This document shows, one piece after another, positions 37,668 to 47,700 of a stretch of DNA of 64,000 nucleotides. Numbering within the stretch: position 1 is the first letter of the stretch; each line of letters starts with the position of its first letter. The stretch comes from Candidatus Microgenomates bacterium (GTDB lineage: Bacteria > Patescibacteriota > Microgenomatia > JACQLA01). Location of the stretch: positions 42,255 to 106,254 of the forward strand of contig JACQLA010000003.1 of NCBI GenBank assembly GCA_016204255.1, given 5' to 3'. Position numbers and translations under genes: made by a program. The notes beneath the pieces were generated by a model that worked only from the letters and a program-made list of their open reading frames with translations, was not told the origin of the DNA and did not search any database.

Positions 37668-39824
37668 ATGAATTTCTCTTTACATTCTTTGCTTGAAAAT
37701 GACAAAATAGTAAAAATCTCTCTAGTCGTATCCTTGAGTTTACTTATTTTGCTCATCAGCAGTTATGCATTTTTCTTAAAAGAAAATGTTGTACAGGAAC
37801 TTACACAAATTAAAAAAGAGCAGCCGCAATCTCAACAACCCACCCGCCCTGGTGAAATTACCGTTAAGGCTACTGGTTCAAAATATAAAACTGTTTCCCA
37901 AAAACCAACAAACGGTTGGTTTAAAACAGGTCAGGATGCAGATATCATGCTTTCCGGAGTAGATTTTAACAATACAGGCGGGCCTCTCTCATTTCATCAT
38001 CCCGGTGGTATTGCCACTGATGGAAAAAGGCTCTTGCTTGCCGATACATGGAATAACCGGATTTTGATATGGAATAAATTACCGACCGATGGCGATACTC
38101 CTCCTGATCTTGTTTTAGGGCAAAAAGATTTCATAAGTAATAATCCAGGGACAGGTCTTGACCAACTGAATTGGCCAATAAGTGTTTCTACCGCTCGCGA
38201 CAAAGTGGTAGTGGCCGATACCAACAACGCCCGAATTCTCATCTGGAATTCTTTTCCCACATCTAATGCCAAGGCGGCAGATTTTACCATTGAGACCAAA
38301 AATTCTCCCGGTGAGGAACGCGGAATTCCCCTTATTTGGCCGTGGGGTGTCTGGACTGATGGGGAAAAATTAGCCATCACCAGTACGCATGGTGCCGGAA
38401 CTGTCTATCTTTGGAATGCCTTTCCCCAAAATGGAGGTCAAAAGCCAGATGTTATCTTAAGAGACAAGGATTTTGGCACCCCGCGGACAATTACTTCAAA
38501 CGGTAAATATTTGTTGGTTTCCGACCATAACGCTAAGGTTTCCGCTAAAGGGAAGTCTCAAGAAGGTGGCGGGGCAGCCACTTTTGTTTGGAAAAACTGG
38601 CCGTCGCAAGATGTGCCTCATGATTTTGTTATGAGTGACTGGCAGTCCGGAGTATTTTTACCTGATGGTAGTCTGGCTATGGTTGGACCGCTTTCTCCTT
38701 TGATGATCTGGAATAAGTCTCCAGAAAATTCGGAAGACAAAGCAGATTTAACAATCGGGGTTGCCAATATGGGGCCTTTTACTACAGGTACAGGGTATCA
38801 ATTTGTAACGGGTGACAGCTCAGGCTTAGCTTTTGGTGATGGCCGTATTTACATAGGCATGGGTAATGGTAACAAAGTGGTAGTTTACAATAAAATTCCC
38901 ACTAACCCAACCGACTTTCCTGATTTTGCAATTGGCAGTCCGGATATTAACACCAATACCTTGGAAACAAATTACATTGTGGCCAATCCGATATTGGCAA
39001 CAGATGGCAAAAGTTTAGTTGCCACCTCTGATTTTGACCGTAAAATGTATGTTTGGAAAAATTTGCCAGATGAGTCTGGAGCTTATCCTGATTTTGTCTA
39101 TACATTTAATGATACCTGTCATGCAGTGGACAACTCAACTTGGGAAGGCAATTTGCTTATTGGTGGCAGAAAAACAATCTGTTATTGGAAAAAGCTACCT
39201 GTAAACGGTCAAATGCCGGATAAGATTTACAGCGGCAAAATCGGCAGTGTGGAATTTGACAGTGTTAATGGGCTCGCTCAAGATGATAAATATTTCTATC
39301 TGTCTGCTATAAAAGAAGGTTTAAAAACAACCATGCTGTATGTTTGGGAAGGAGTACCTGATGAAGGTTCAAAACCAAATTTTTCTATTCCCATAGATGA
39401 TCTTGGGCGATTGGAGAGTGACGGAAGATATCTAGTGGGTATAGTTGCCCGTAAAGAAACAATTGGGGTATTGGAAATTGACGAACTATCTACCTCAAGC
39501 CAACTTGCCTTGGTTCCTGCGGATAAAATTAATCAAAATGCTCCTATCCGTTTTAACGGCCCGGGAAGCGTGGTCACAAAGGACAAACACCTGGTTGCTT
39601 CCGATGTCGGTTTCGGCAGGGTAATGGTCTGGACAAACATTAGAGATGCCCTTGCAGGAAAATCAGCAGACATAGTTTTAGGCGAGAACGATCTACAAGA
39701 TACAAAACAAGAGATTGGCAAAAATAAACTCTTTTGGCCAGCATCACTTGCTTTTGACGGGTCATTCCTTTGGATTGGTGAGACTAAATTTTCTAACCGG
39801 ATTTTAAGATTCTCCATCCATTAA
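37668..39824 (+). CDS. membrane-anchored NHL-like repeat beta-propeller protein
   Basis: At least 10 repeats of an N-x-R-[IV]-L-[IV]-W-N-x-x-P-(6-8 aa)-D-x-V-L-G-Q-x-D-F type motif, for example NNRILIWNKLPTDGDTPPDLVLGQKDF and GRVMVWTNIRDALAGKSADIVLGENDL. Confidence 0.6.
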   Translation: MNFSLHSLLENDKIVKISLVVSLSLLILLISSYAFFLKENVVQELTQIKKEQPQSQQPTRPGEITVKATGSKYKTVSQKPTNGWFKTGQDADIMLSGVDFNNTGGPLSFHHPGGIATDGKRLLLADTWNNRILIWNKLPTDGDTPPDLVLGQKDFISNNPGTGLDQLNWPISVSTARDKVVVADTNNARILIWNSFPTSNAKAADFTIETKNSPGEERGIPLIWPWGVWTDGEKLAITSTHGAGTVYLWNAFPQNGGQKPDVILRDKDFGTPRTITSNGKYLLVSDHNAKVSAKGKSQEGGGAATFVWKNWPSQDVPHDFVMSDWQSGVFLPDGSLAMVGPLSPLMIWNKSPENSEDKADLTIGVANMGPFTTGTGYQFVTGDSSGLAFGDGRIYIGMGNGNKVVVYNKIPTNPTDFPDFAIGSPDINTNTLETNYIVANPILATDGKSLVATSDFDRKMYVWKNLPDESGAYPDFVYTFNDTCHAVDNSTWEGNLLIGGRKTICYWKKLPVNGQMPDKIYSGKIGSVEFDSVNGLAQDDKYFYLSAIKEGLKTTMLYVWEGVPDEGSKPNFSIPIDDLGRLESDGRYLVGIVARKETIGVLEIDELSTSSQLALVPADKINQNAPIRFNGPGSVVTKDKHLVASDVGFGRVMVWTNIRDALAGKSADIVLGENDLQDTKQEIGKNKLFWPASLAFDGSFLWIGETKFSNRILRFSIH

Positions 39825-39957
39825 AAAGTTTCTACTATGCATACTTATACATTTTTTAGACCAAAGGTGTAAGCAAATTCAGAGTTTAGACCGTCAGACA
39901 GGAATAATTTAAAGAATTCCCGCAGTCTGTGCAATATCTCGTGAGGATCACTTAAAA

Positions 39958-40311
39958 TTATTTAATAAGGCGAAAGGCTATGCGGCCAAGAAGAGACGGG
40001 GCATTATCACTCCAAAAACCATCCAGCTCAAACCCTTCTTCACTACAAGATATCACAAAAACACTCGGAAGGCCGTGCCGATTCGGGAAAGTCTCGGAGT
40101 TTACATAAGTTGGTCCTTCTTTTATTTGACCTGGTTGATTGAGTAGTAATCTGGCCGCTGCATCCCAAGGAACTTGGTCTAATTTCAAACCGGTTTCTTT
40201 TTGAGCTGCCTCAATCACAGTATTCCAAGAAGTATAATTTCTGATACCAATCTCTTCTAGAGCCAATATTATCATTGATACATCTTTAATTTGTGCCGGG
40301 TCTTGAAGCAA
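39958..40311 (-). CDS. hypothetical protein (117 aa)
   Basis: The ORF overlaps the upstream membrane-protein gene by 26 nt. An alternative Met is at 40275. I recognise no family. Confidence 0.4.
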   Translation of the reverse strand: MLQDPAQIKDVSMIILALEEIGIRNYTSWNTVIEAAQKETGLKLDQVPWDAAARLLLNQPGQIKEGPTYVNSETFPNRHGLPSVFVISCSEEGFELDGFWSDNAPSLLGRIAFRLIK

Positions 40312-40741
40312 CCTGTGGTAAAAATATTTCCGTCCACACTTGTGTAAGAATAAACATTATCAGCGAGAAAAATCCTAAAATAACTGCGGCCTGCGATCCT
40401 AGCTCAAAAACAGAAATGTAAATTAGGGCAAAGGGAGCAAATTGAACTATCGAATTAAATCCTCCGCTTAGAGCCATAAACCAGGGACCAATTGCCTGGC
40501 CAATCAGTAGTAATATTAGTAGGCGGACTCCTTGATGGGGTTTATTAATGAAGGCAAGGTTTACTAAGCCAGCCGACATCATTAGGATTCCGAGGATGGC
40601 CAGGAGCAAGCGGTAGGGTGTTTGAGGCGGAAGAAGATAAGTATACAGAAAAATAAACAGCGGACCGACTATGAACATCGTCAACTGTATTTTATGCAGA
40701 TGTCTGGTTTTTTCTTCGTCCCAAAGGAATTGGATACGCAT
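40286..40741 (-). CDS. hypothetical membrane protein (about 4 TM helices)
   Basis: The hydrophobic helix pattern supports a membrane protein. I recognise no family. Confidence 0.45.
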   Translation of the reverse strand: MRIQFLWDEEKTRHLHKIQLTMFIVGPLFIFLYTYLLPPQTPYRLLLAILGILMMSAGLVNLAFINKPHQGVRLLILLLIGQAIGPWFMALSGGFNSIVQFAPFALIYISVFELGSQAAVILGFFSLIMFILTQVWTEIFLPQVASRPGTN

Positions 40742-40789
40742 ACATTATATTCTGCAATCCCCATGCATATTTTTCAAGTTAAAGGTACG

Positions 40790-41830
40790 TTACCATCCTC
40801 CCACCCGCACCCCGAAAAGCCTTACTGGTTTTTGCTTGGAAATTTCTTTTAGTAAACTTTCTGCTTCCTGTCGAAAGTGGTAAAGATCGGCAATCGGGCT
40901 TTTGAGAGTTTTTTGATGCGAGTGGGTTTCAAAATCGAAATAGCGGATTGTTACTTCAATCGTTTTGGGTGAAAGTTTTTCTTTTTGAACATCTTGCCAA
41001 ACTTGCTGACACAGGTCAAAAAGAGTTCGGCGCAAAAAATAATAATTGGAGGTATCGCGCTCAAAAGTTGTTTGAACTCCTATCGTCTTTCTCTCACCCC
41101 GCTCTTCAACCTCCGAATCATCAATTCCGCGGCATGAGGCCCAAATATTTTCGCCCCATTTACCAAAAAGCTCACCCAATCTCGTCCTGGAAACTTTTTG
41201 CAAATCGGCAATAATCTTAATGCCGTTTCGATTTAGAGCTTGTTTGGTTTTTGGGCCCACACCGGGCAGAGTTTCCACCGGCAGGGGAAAAAGAAAACTT
41301 TCGGCACTCTCCTGTAAAATAATTGTGAAACCGCCCGGCTTTTTAAAACCAGAGGCGATTTTGGCTAAAAGTTTGTTGGTGGCAAGCCCCACCGAGCAGG
41401 TAAGACCTTCAATTTTACAAATTTTACTCTTAAGATCCGTCAGAAACTCTTGGGCTAATTTAAAATCCGTAATTGAAGAAATATCCAGATAAAACTCGTC
41501 AATACTAACCTGCTCGAGCTTAGCATCTACCACCCTTTTTAGCGATTTTTTAATAATGTTCCTAATTTTGTGCGAAACTTCAGAATAAAAATCATGGCGG
41601 GGAAAAAGGAAAACTGCCTCAGGGCAGGCCCGATAAGCCCAGGAAATCGGCATTGCCGAATGGATGCCGAACTTACGAGCCTCGTAGTTGGCCGTGGAAA
41701 CAACACCCCGACCTTTGCCAGCTTTGGGATCGGCGCCGATCACAACCGGTCTTCCTTTTAAATCTGGATTCTCCCGCTCCTCAATTTGGGCGAAAAAATA
41801 ATCCATGTCTAAATGGGCAATGATTTTCAT
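40790..41830 (-). CDS. dinB: DNA polymerase IV (Y-family)
   Basis: It has the MDYFFAQIEERENP..L.GRPVVIG..GVVSTANYEARKFGIHSAMP N-terminus and the LPGVGPKT motif. Confidence 0.9.
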   Translation of the reverse strand: MKIIAHLDMDYFFAQIEERENPDLKGRPVVIGADPKAGKGRGVVSTANYEARKFGIHSAMPISWAYRACPEAVFLFPRHDFYSEVSHKIRNIIKKSLKRVVDAKLEQVSIDEFYLDISSITDFKLAQEFLTDLKSKICKIEGLTCSVGLATNKLLAKIASGFKKPGGFTIILQESAESFLFPLPVETLPGVGPKTKQALNRNGIKIIADLQKVSRTRLGELFGKWGENIWASCRGIDDSEVEERGERKTIGVQTTFERDTSNYYFLRRTLFDLCQQVWQDVQKEKLSPKTIEVTIRYFDFETHSHQKTLKSPIADLYHFRQEAESLLKEISKQKPVRLFGVRVGGW

Positions 41831-41839
41831 TCACCACCG

Positions 41840-41848
41840 ATTTTAGCA
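41840..41848 (-). promoter_or_regulatory. extended -10 element TGCTAAAAT, 9 nt upstream of the dinB ATG
   Basis: The minus strand reads TGCTAAAAT-CGGTGGTGA-ATG. Confidence 0.4.
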
Positions 41849-41872
41849 GATTTTCCCAAGATGAGTTAAAAT

Positions 41873-42970
41873 ATGGGCATTGTGGAAACACCAGAAGAAA
41901 GAATTGCAGCCATAGAAAAAGAAATTCGCGAAACCGCCTATCACAAAGGCACGGAGCATCACATTGGCAAGTTACGCGCCCGCATTGCCCGAATAAAAGA
42001 CGAGATACAGGAAAAAAAGAGTAAGGGTAGCGGGGGAGGCGGGGGTTTTGCCGTCCGCAAATCCGGGGACGCCACGGTGGTTTTTGTCGGACCGCCATCG
42101 GTTGGTAAGTCGACTCTTTTAAACAAGCTAACCAATGCTCAGTCAAAAGTTGCGGCTTATGAGTTTACGACGCTTGACGTTATTCCCGGCATGATGGATT
42201 ACAAAGGCGCCAAAATCCAGATTTTTGATCTGCCCGGAATTATCGGCGGAGCGGCTAAAGGCAAGGGAAGAGGCCGGGAAATTCTATCTGTAGCCAGAAG
42301 TGCTGATTTGCTGATCATTATCGTGGATCCCAAAACATATCCGACGCTTCCCCAAATCTATGAGGAACTCCGGGAAGCCGGATTACGGCTGGATGATACT
42401 CCTCCTAAAGTCATTATTAATAAACAACTTAAAGGTGGTCTCACAATTATTTCAGGGGCCAAACTTAGTCAAGAAACGATTAAAGAGGTGGCGCATGAAT
42501 TTCGCCTGGGTAATGTGGAAATTATAATTAAAGAGAACATCACATTAGAAAGACTTATTGATTCTTTCCTCGGAAATCGCGTTTACTTACCCAGTTTTAC
42601 GATTTTAAATAAAGTAGACCTCTTAAAAAGAGAGCCTTCAGACAATGATTTATTTTTAATAAGCGCGGATAAGGAAATTGGACTTGATACTTTGAGGGAA
42701 AAAATCTTTGAAAGTCTTAAGCTCTTTCCGGTTTTTCTTAAACCCCAGGGAGGGGAACCTGATCTTAAAACTCCTTTAATTTTGAGAAATGGTGCGACTG
42801 TTTTGACCGCCGCCCAGAAAGTTCATGGCGAAATTGCGGACAACATTAAAAGCGCCCAGATTTGGGGCCCATCGGCAAAATTTCCAGGCCAACTTGTTTC
42901 TTTAAATCATCCACTCCAAAGTGGAGACATTATCACCTTTTTGACTAAGGAAAAAGTGTTTGCATTTTAA
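41873..42970 (+). CDS. DRG-type (developmentally regulated GTP-binding protein-like) GTPase with a C-terminal TGS domain
   Basis: The N-terminal region EKEIRETAYHKGTEHHIGKLRARIARIKDE is followed by G1 GPPSVGKST, G3 DLPG, G4 NKVD and a TGS-like tail. Confidence 0.8.
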   Translation: MGIVETPEERIAAIEKEIRETAYHKGTEHHIGKLRARIARIKDEIQEKKSKGSGGGGGFAVRKSGDATVVFVGPPSVGKSTLLNKLTNAQSKVAAYEFTTLDVIPGMMDYKGAKIQIFDLPGIIGGAAKGKGRGREILSVARSADLLIIIVDPKTYPTLPQIYEELREAGLRLDDTPPKVIINKQLKGGLTIISGAKLSQETIKEVAHEFRLGNVEIIIKENITLERLIDSFLGNRVYLPSFTILNKVDLLKREPSDNDLFLISADKEIGLDTLREKIFESLKLFPVFLKPQGGEPDLKTPLILRNGATVLTAAQKVHGEIADNIKSAQIWGPSAKFPGQLVSLNHPLQSGDIITFLTKEKVFAF

Positions 42971-43018
42971 TATTTCCTGACCTAAAATTATTTCACGGAG
43001 CAATAAGAGACGCTTTAA

Positions 43019-43870
43019 ATGTTTAAGAGAATTTTTACTTTTCTTATTTTTACCACGTTTATAGTTTTTGGGATTTTTGCTGTGCGTTCATTTCTTGAAG
43101 CCGATAAGGAAATTAAAAGTTCACCAAAAACATCTTCTGCAAAACCAACACCAATTCCGGTAAACCCAGCCGCCTCAGAAATTGAACTCCTCTCAAAAAT
43201 TGCCAATCTCTTTTCCGCCGCCAATCCGGATATTGAATATGGAATTTTTGTTTACAGCCTTAAGACCGGACGCAATTTTGGCTTTAATGAGGTCGGTGCA
43301 CGGCACGCTGCTTCCGTTTCAAAAATTTTAACCGCAACTTATCTTTTAAAAAATGTTGAAGATGGAAAGGTTAAACTAAACGACAAAATGGGTACCTATA
43401 ATGTGGAATTTAATCTAAAACAATTGGTTAATCAAAGCAATAATATTTCCTGGAACATGATCGATGACCTTTTAGGTGTGGAACCGCAGAACGAATTTGC
43501 AAAATCAATAGGGCTATCAACTTTTGAATTAAGAGAAAATACTCTTTCCCCAAAAGAAGCGGCTATGCTCTTTATTAAAATTTATAAGGATGGACTTCTA
43601 AATGAGTCTTCCAGGCGGCGGCTCTTCTCCTACATGCAAAATACGGAAACCGAAAACCTGATTCCTCCCGCGATTCCCGAGGATATTCCCTTGTATCACA
43701 AAACGGGAATGTTTGAAGGAGAAGTTCATGATGTGGCAATCATCGATCACCCCACAAATCCTTTTGTCTTATCGATTTTTACCGCCAATAAACTTTATCC
43801 GGATTATGAGGGCCGTGCGCAACTTATACAAAAAGTGGCATCAGAAGTCTATGCGTATATGACAAAGTAA
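43019..43870 (+). CDS. class A beta-lactamase-like serine hydrolase, membrane-anchored
   Basis: It has SxxK (ASVSK), an SDN-like QSNN motif, and KTG (HKTG). Confidence 0.65.
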   Translation: MFKRIFTFLIFTTFIVFGIFAVRSFLEADKEIKSSPKTSSAKPTPIPVNPAASEIELLSKIANLFSAANPDIEYGIFVYSLKTGRNFGFNEVGARHAASVSKILTATYLLKNVEDGKVKLNDKMGTYNVEFNLKQLVNQSNNISWNMIDDLLGVEPQNEFAKSIGLSTFELRENTLSPKEAAMLFIKIYKDGLLNESSRRRLFSYMQNTETENLIPPAIPEDIPLYHKTGMFEGEVHDVAIIDHPTNPFVLSIFTANKLYPDYEGRAQLIQKVASEVYAYMTK

Positions 43871-44713
43871 TTAAATTTGATCGATTGTGCGTTTAATCCG
43901 TTTTTCCTGGGTTTTTCCCGACATCCATCTTCGAGCCAAGGCAATACTGATTCTACCATCAGGTTCAATGTGAGGATAATGTTTTTTTAACACATCCTGA
44001 ACGTAGTGCTCGTCGGAAGAATCAGGGACTTTCTCTGGTTCAACCGCAATCAGACGTAATTCCTCAGATTCACGATTTTTAATCTCGTCAGAAGTTAAAG
44101 GCGTCACGGCAATAAAAGAAACTACCGGGTGGCATAATCCCGTATACTCATATGAAACTCCCAAACATAAAAGCTGCGAAATTTCGTCCTCGGAAATTGG
44201 GGTTTCCTCGATGATTTCTCGTCTGGCTGCTTTAAAGATGTCGACAACGCCTTGTGAATCCGCATCCTTTTCCGGATGTACGTATCCACCAACCGCATCG
44301 ATTGAACCAAGGGCATCACCGCTGATTTTCTGACCGATAATTATTTTCCCATCGCAGGTAACGATGACCGAAGAAGCAGAAATTGGGTTGGAAACACACT
44401 TAAATCCATATTGCCTGAAAGTTGCTAGGTCGCGTGAGCCCGTGTATTCCCGAAAATCTGTATCACCCACAGTCAAAATTAGCTTATCATCCTTCAAATC
44501 AAAATCTTCTAAGCGGCTGCATGGCCCGGGAAACCAACCGAGAGCAGCTTTAGGAGCCCATTCTTCTTCAATCTTTTTCTCCAGCTCGGGATTTTTCGGC
44601 ATCCGCCGGTGTGTCATTTCAACCACGACATCTTCTGGTCCAAAAACGCCAGTCACAAGCATCTTAGCTTTGTTTTCGATTTCGCCGTTGAATTCTTGCG
44701 CTTCATTTGTCAT
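43871..44713 (-). CDS. NUDIX-family hydrolase (probable)
   Basis: It has a Nudix-box-like segment GGYVHPE..(x)..ARREIIEETPI. Confidence 0.5.
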   Translation of the reverse strand: MTNEAQEFNGEIENKAKMLVTGVFGPEDVVVEMTHRRMPKNPELEKKIEEEWAPKAALGWFPGPCSRLEDFDLKDDKLILTVGDTDFREYTGSRDLATFRQYGFKCVSNPISASSVIVTCDGKIIIGQKISGDALGSIDAVGGYVHPEKDADSQGVVDIFKAARREIIEETPISEDEISQLLCLGVSYEYTGLCHPVVSFIAVTPLTSDEIKNRESEELRLIAVEPEKVPDSSDEHYVQDVLKKHYPHIEPDGRISIALARRWMSGKTQEKRIKRTIDQI

Positions 44714-47700
44714 AGATTGATTTTACCTCGCCTCCATGAGGTGTCAAGCCAGACCTGTCTGTCGGAAGTACGGGCTGACGTGGCGATTTATGCCGTCTTA
44801 AAAACCAAATAGGAACAATGATTAAAAGAATAAAGCCTAAATATTCAAGATATTGCGGCCAAAACACCAAAATAATCGTTTGTTTTGGTCCGGGTTTTAA
44901 AATCCATCCATTTTCCCAGTTGTTAACTAGAACATGATCCGTTAGTCGCTGACCGGAAACGAAAGGTAAAAATGATTTAAAGTTATTTACCAAACCCCAT
45001 TGACTATCTGTAATCGCATACCCCTGCCAGCCATTGGAAAATGATTGAGAAAGAACAAGTGTAGTTGGTTTATCGATCGGTGAAAGCTCCACTGTATACG
45101 CAGCCGGATTTGAATGCTCCACCTTTTTAGGTGTAAACTGCTTAGTTGCCGTATCGGTCTTTAGCGAATTAACCAGTTTTAAATTGGTTAAAAAAGAGTA
45201 GGGAATAGGGCTAACCGAAATCCGTCCCAAATCGTTAACCGATTCCTCGCTTCCGATGGAAGTGTTATCAAAATGTAGGGAATATCCCAATCCATCTTTT
45301 GCCATCGGCGGCTGAATAAAATATGATTTAACGATCCCGGAATTTTTTGCCAAATATGTTTCGGTATCGGCGCGACGGATATTAAGATTCTCTACCCAAA
45401 AAACGGGGGATCGTCCTTTAATATTTTCGCTTTCAAGCGTGATAAGGTAACTTAGTTGGTGCCCGAGATTCGGAAGCCAAAATGAAGCACTGCAATTACT
45501 GGCGCTTTTTGCGCTCAATCGAAAGAATTTTTTACCATCCCTTTCAATAATCTCATTCTTAACCTCGCCTCGATTAAAATTATCACAATTTTTAGGGGTC
45601 TGGACATCTAATTCTTGGGTTGGATCGATTTCCGCACTAAAATAACCGCTGACTTTAGGGATAAAAAGGGAGATCTTACTCCCATCGTACTGAACTTCGG
45701 GAGCCAGATATTTGATTTTACTCAAATCCTCTGCCTCAACCTGAGGAAGCTCTTCATTGTATGTTGGTATCAAGGCCATATAACCTTTAAATTTACCGGG
45801 GACATTTTTTTCGAAAAGAAAATGGTCGCCCTGGTCCGCAACCCGAAACTCCAAATCATTCTGATTTTTTCCGCTGAAAAGAGAGCGAAAAGGGTAGTAA
45901 TAAATGTTGCCAGCATCCGGTATTAATTCATTTGCTGTGATATATGTATCGTTTTCAAAATATGCGGGATCATAATTTCCCCATTTATAGACTGGTTCAA
46001 CAGCCACTGGGTTTGGGATTAAAAAAACAAACTCATTAATCGGTTTGGAGGCCACCTGGTAGATCTGGACTCCATCGAAATCTTTTACCAAATTAATTCT
46101 ATCCGACTCTTTAACAAGGCTTATAAATTCATCAACATATAAGGCCTTTGGTGAAGGTGGATAAATGACATTTTTATCAAGCACCAACCAGGAAATCTGA
46201 TATTTATCCAAAACTTTTTCAAAGAGATCAAGATTTTTAGAATAAAGGGCGTAAGAGGCTTCCCAGTAATAGTTTTCGCTTTCCCGGCTCCAAACGTCAA
46301 AAGCCCGATCAAGAATCGGCTGCTTTAATCCGTACCATAAGAAGCCGGAACCGTCATAACCCCAGCTATAGAAATTCCACCCCCAAAATGTATGCTGAGG
46401 GAAATTAGCAATCCGCCCGCTTGGGTCTTGACTGCGGAAAAAATCCCAAAGATCCGTATAACTTTGTGGGATCTTAACACGGATCCGTTGGTAAAAAAGC
46501 TCGCCACGAAATGCCGGTAAGGTGAAAAAAACTAAAAGCGCGGTTAAAGATATTAAAAATATTTCCTTGGTGAATTTGATCCGGATGGAAAATTTGTCCA
46601 AACCACTCAGCAGCCAGTTCACACCGAAGGCAAAGAAAATGGCGAAAGAAAATGACGCAAGAATAGAAAATTTAGTAAAAGGAAAACGGAAAGTCTGGCT
46701 AAATAGCGGCAAATTTAGCCGTAAAAAATCATTAATCCAGGAAAAAGGCAAAGTATTGTTTGCCAAAAGGATGAACGAAAAAAGGAAAATGGCGAAAAAG
46801 ACCGGCCAGTAGTAGTTTTTTGATTTAAACGCGTAAACAATACCTAAAACCACAATCAAAAAAATAACATAACCGGCAACTACCACCCAGGGGTTTTCCA
46901 GATGCTGGCGCCAAGGTGCAAGCATGTAATCCAGTTGCCGATTTGCCATAAAATCCAGATTGTTAAACCAGAACCCCTTAAGTAAAAGCACATTACTAAT
47001 ATCGCCAAACTCTTTATTCTGAAGATAAACTTTTTCCGTCGCCATCTGATTGATTTTGCTTTGGACAGTAACTTGGGCATTATTGAAGAAAAAGTAAAGA
47101 AAAGGCAGTAGCCAAAAGGAGTTAATAACTAAAGTAAGTACAAATATCTTTAGGGCTCGTTTAAAAAATACGATAGTTTTTATCTTCCAGAAAAGAATTA
47201 GAATTAAAATCGAGAAACTTAAAAGGTAAACGATGAACAACGTCGGAACGTACGATTGAGGAATCGCGAAAAAGTTAACTGCCAAAAATGCAATAAGATT
47301 CCGGCGATTTGGATTTTTAAGGTATAGAATGTTTACCAAAAACAGCCAGGGAAGAAAAGAAAAATGCGTGATAAACGCAGAAAAGGGCGTGTAGAAAGTT
47401 TGAATAGTTGAAAGATTTAACAGATAGAATAATCCCCCGGCAGTAGCGGCTATTTTTTTGCCCCGGAAAATAACTCGTGAAAGGAGAAAATAAATGCCAA
47501 GAGGACCTAGTAAAAGCATTAAGAAAAAATAAATCTGTCTTAGCCAGTTATCGGGAAACGTAAAAGAGAGTAAAAACAAAAAAAGCTGGCGCGGTAAATC
47601 AGCAGCATAACCCATTCCACCCAAAAGCCCCACCCCTTGATATTCTTGCCAAACGGCAAAAAGAGATCGAGCGATATTCAGGCGAAAATCAAATTCCGGA

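Noticed and set aside
39895-39929. Imperfect inverted repeat CAGACAGGAAT..ATTCCCGCAGTCTG between convergent genes, considered as a bidirectional terminator.
   Set aside because: It has an interrupted stem and no U-tract on either strand. This is not enough to call it a terminator.
41781-42146. A 121-aa minus-strand ORF overlapping the dinB 5' end and the DRG GTPase gene.
   Set aside because: It lies antisense to a confidently identified GTPase gene and has an odd Cys/Arg/Pro-rich composition. It is a shadow ORF.
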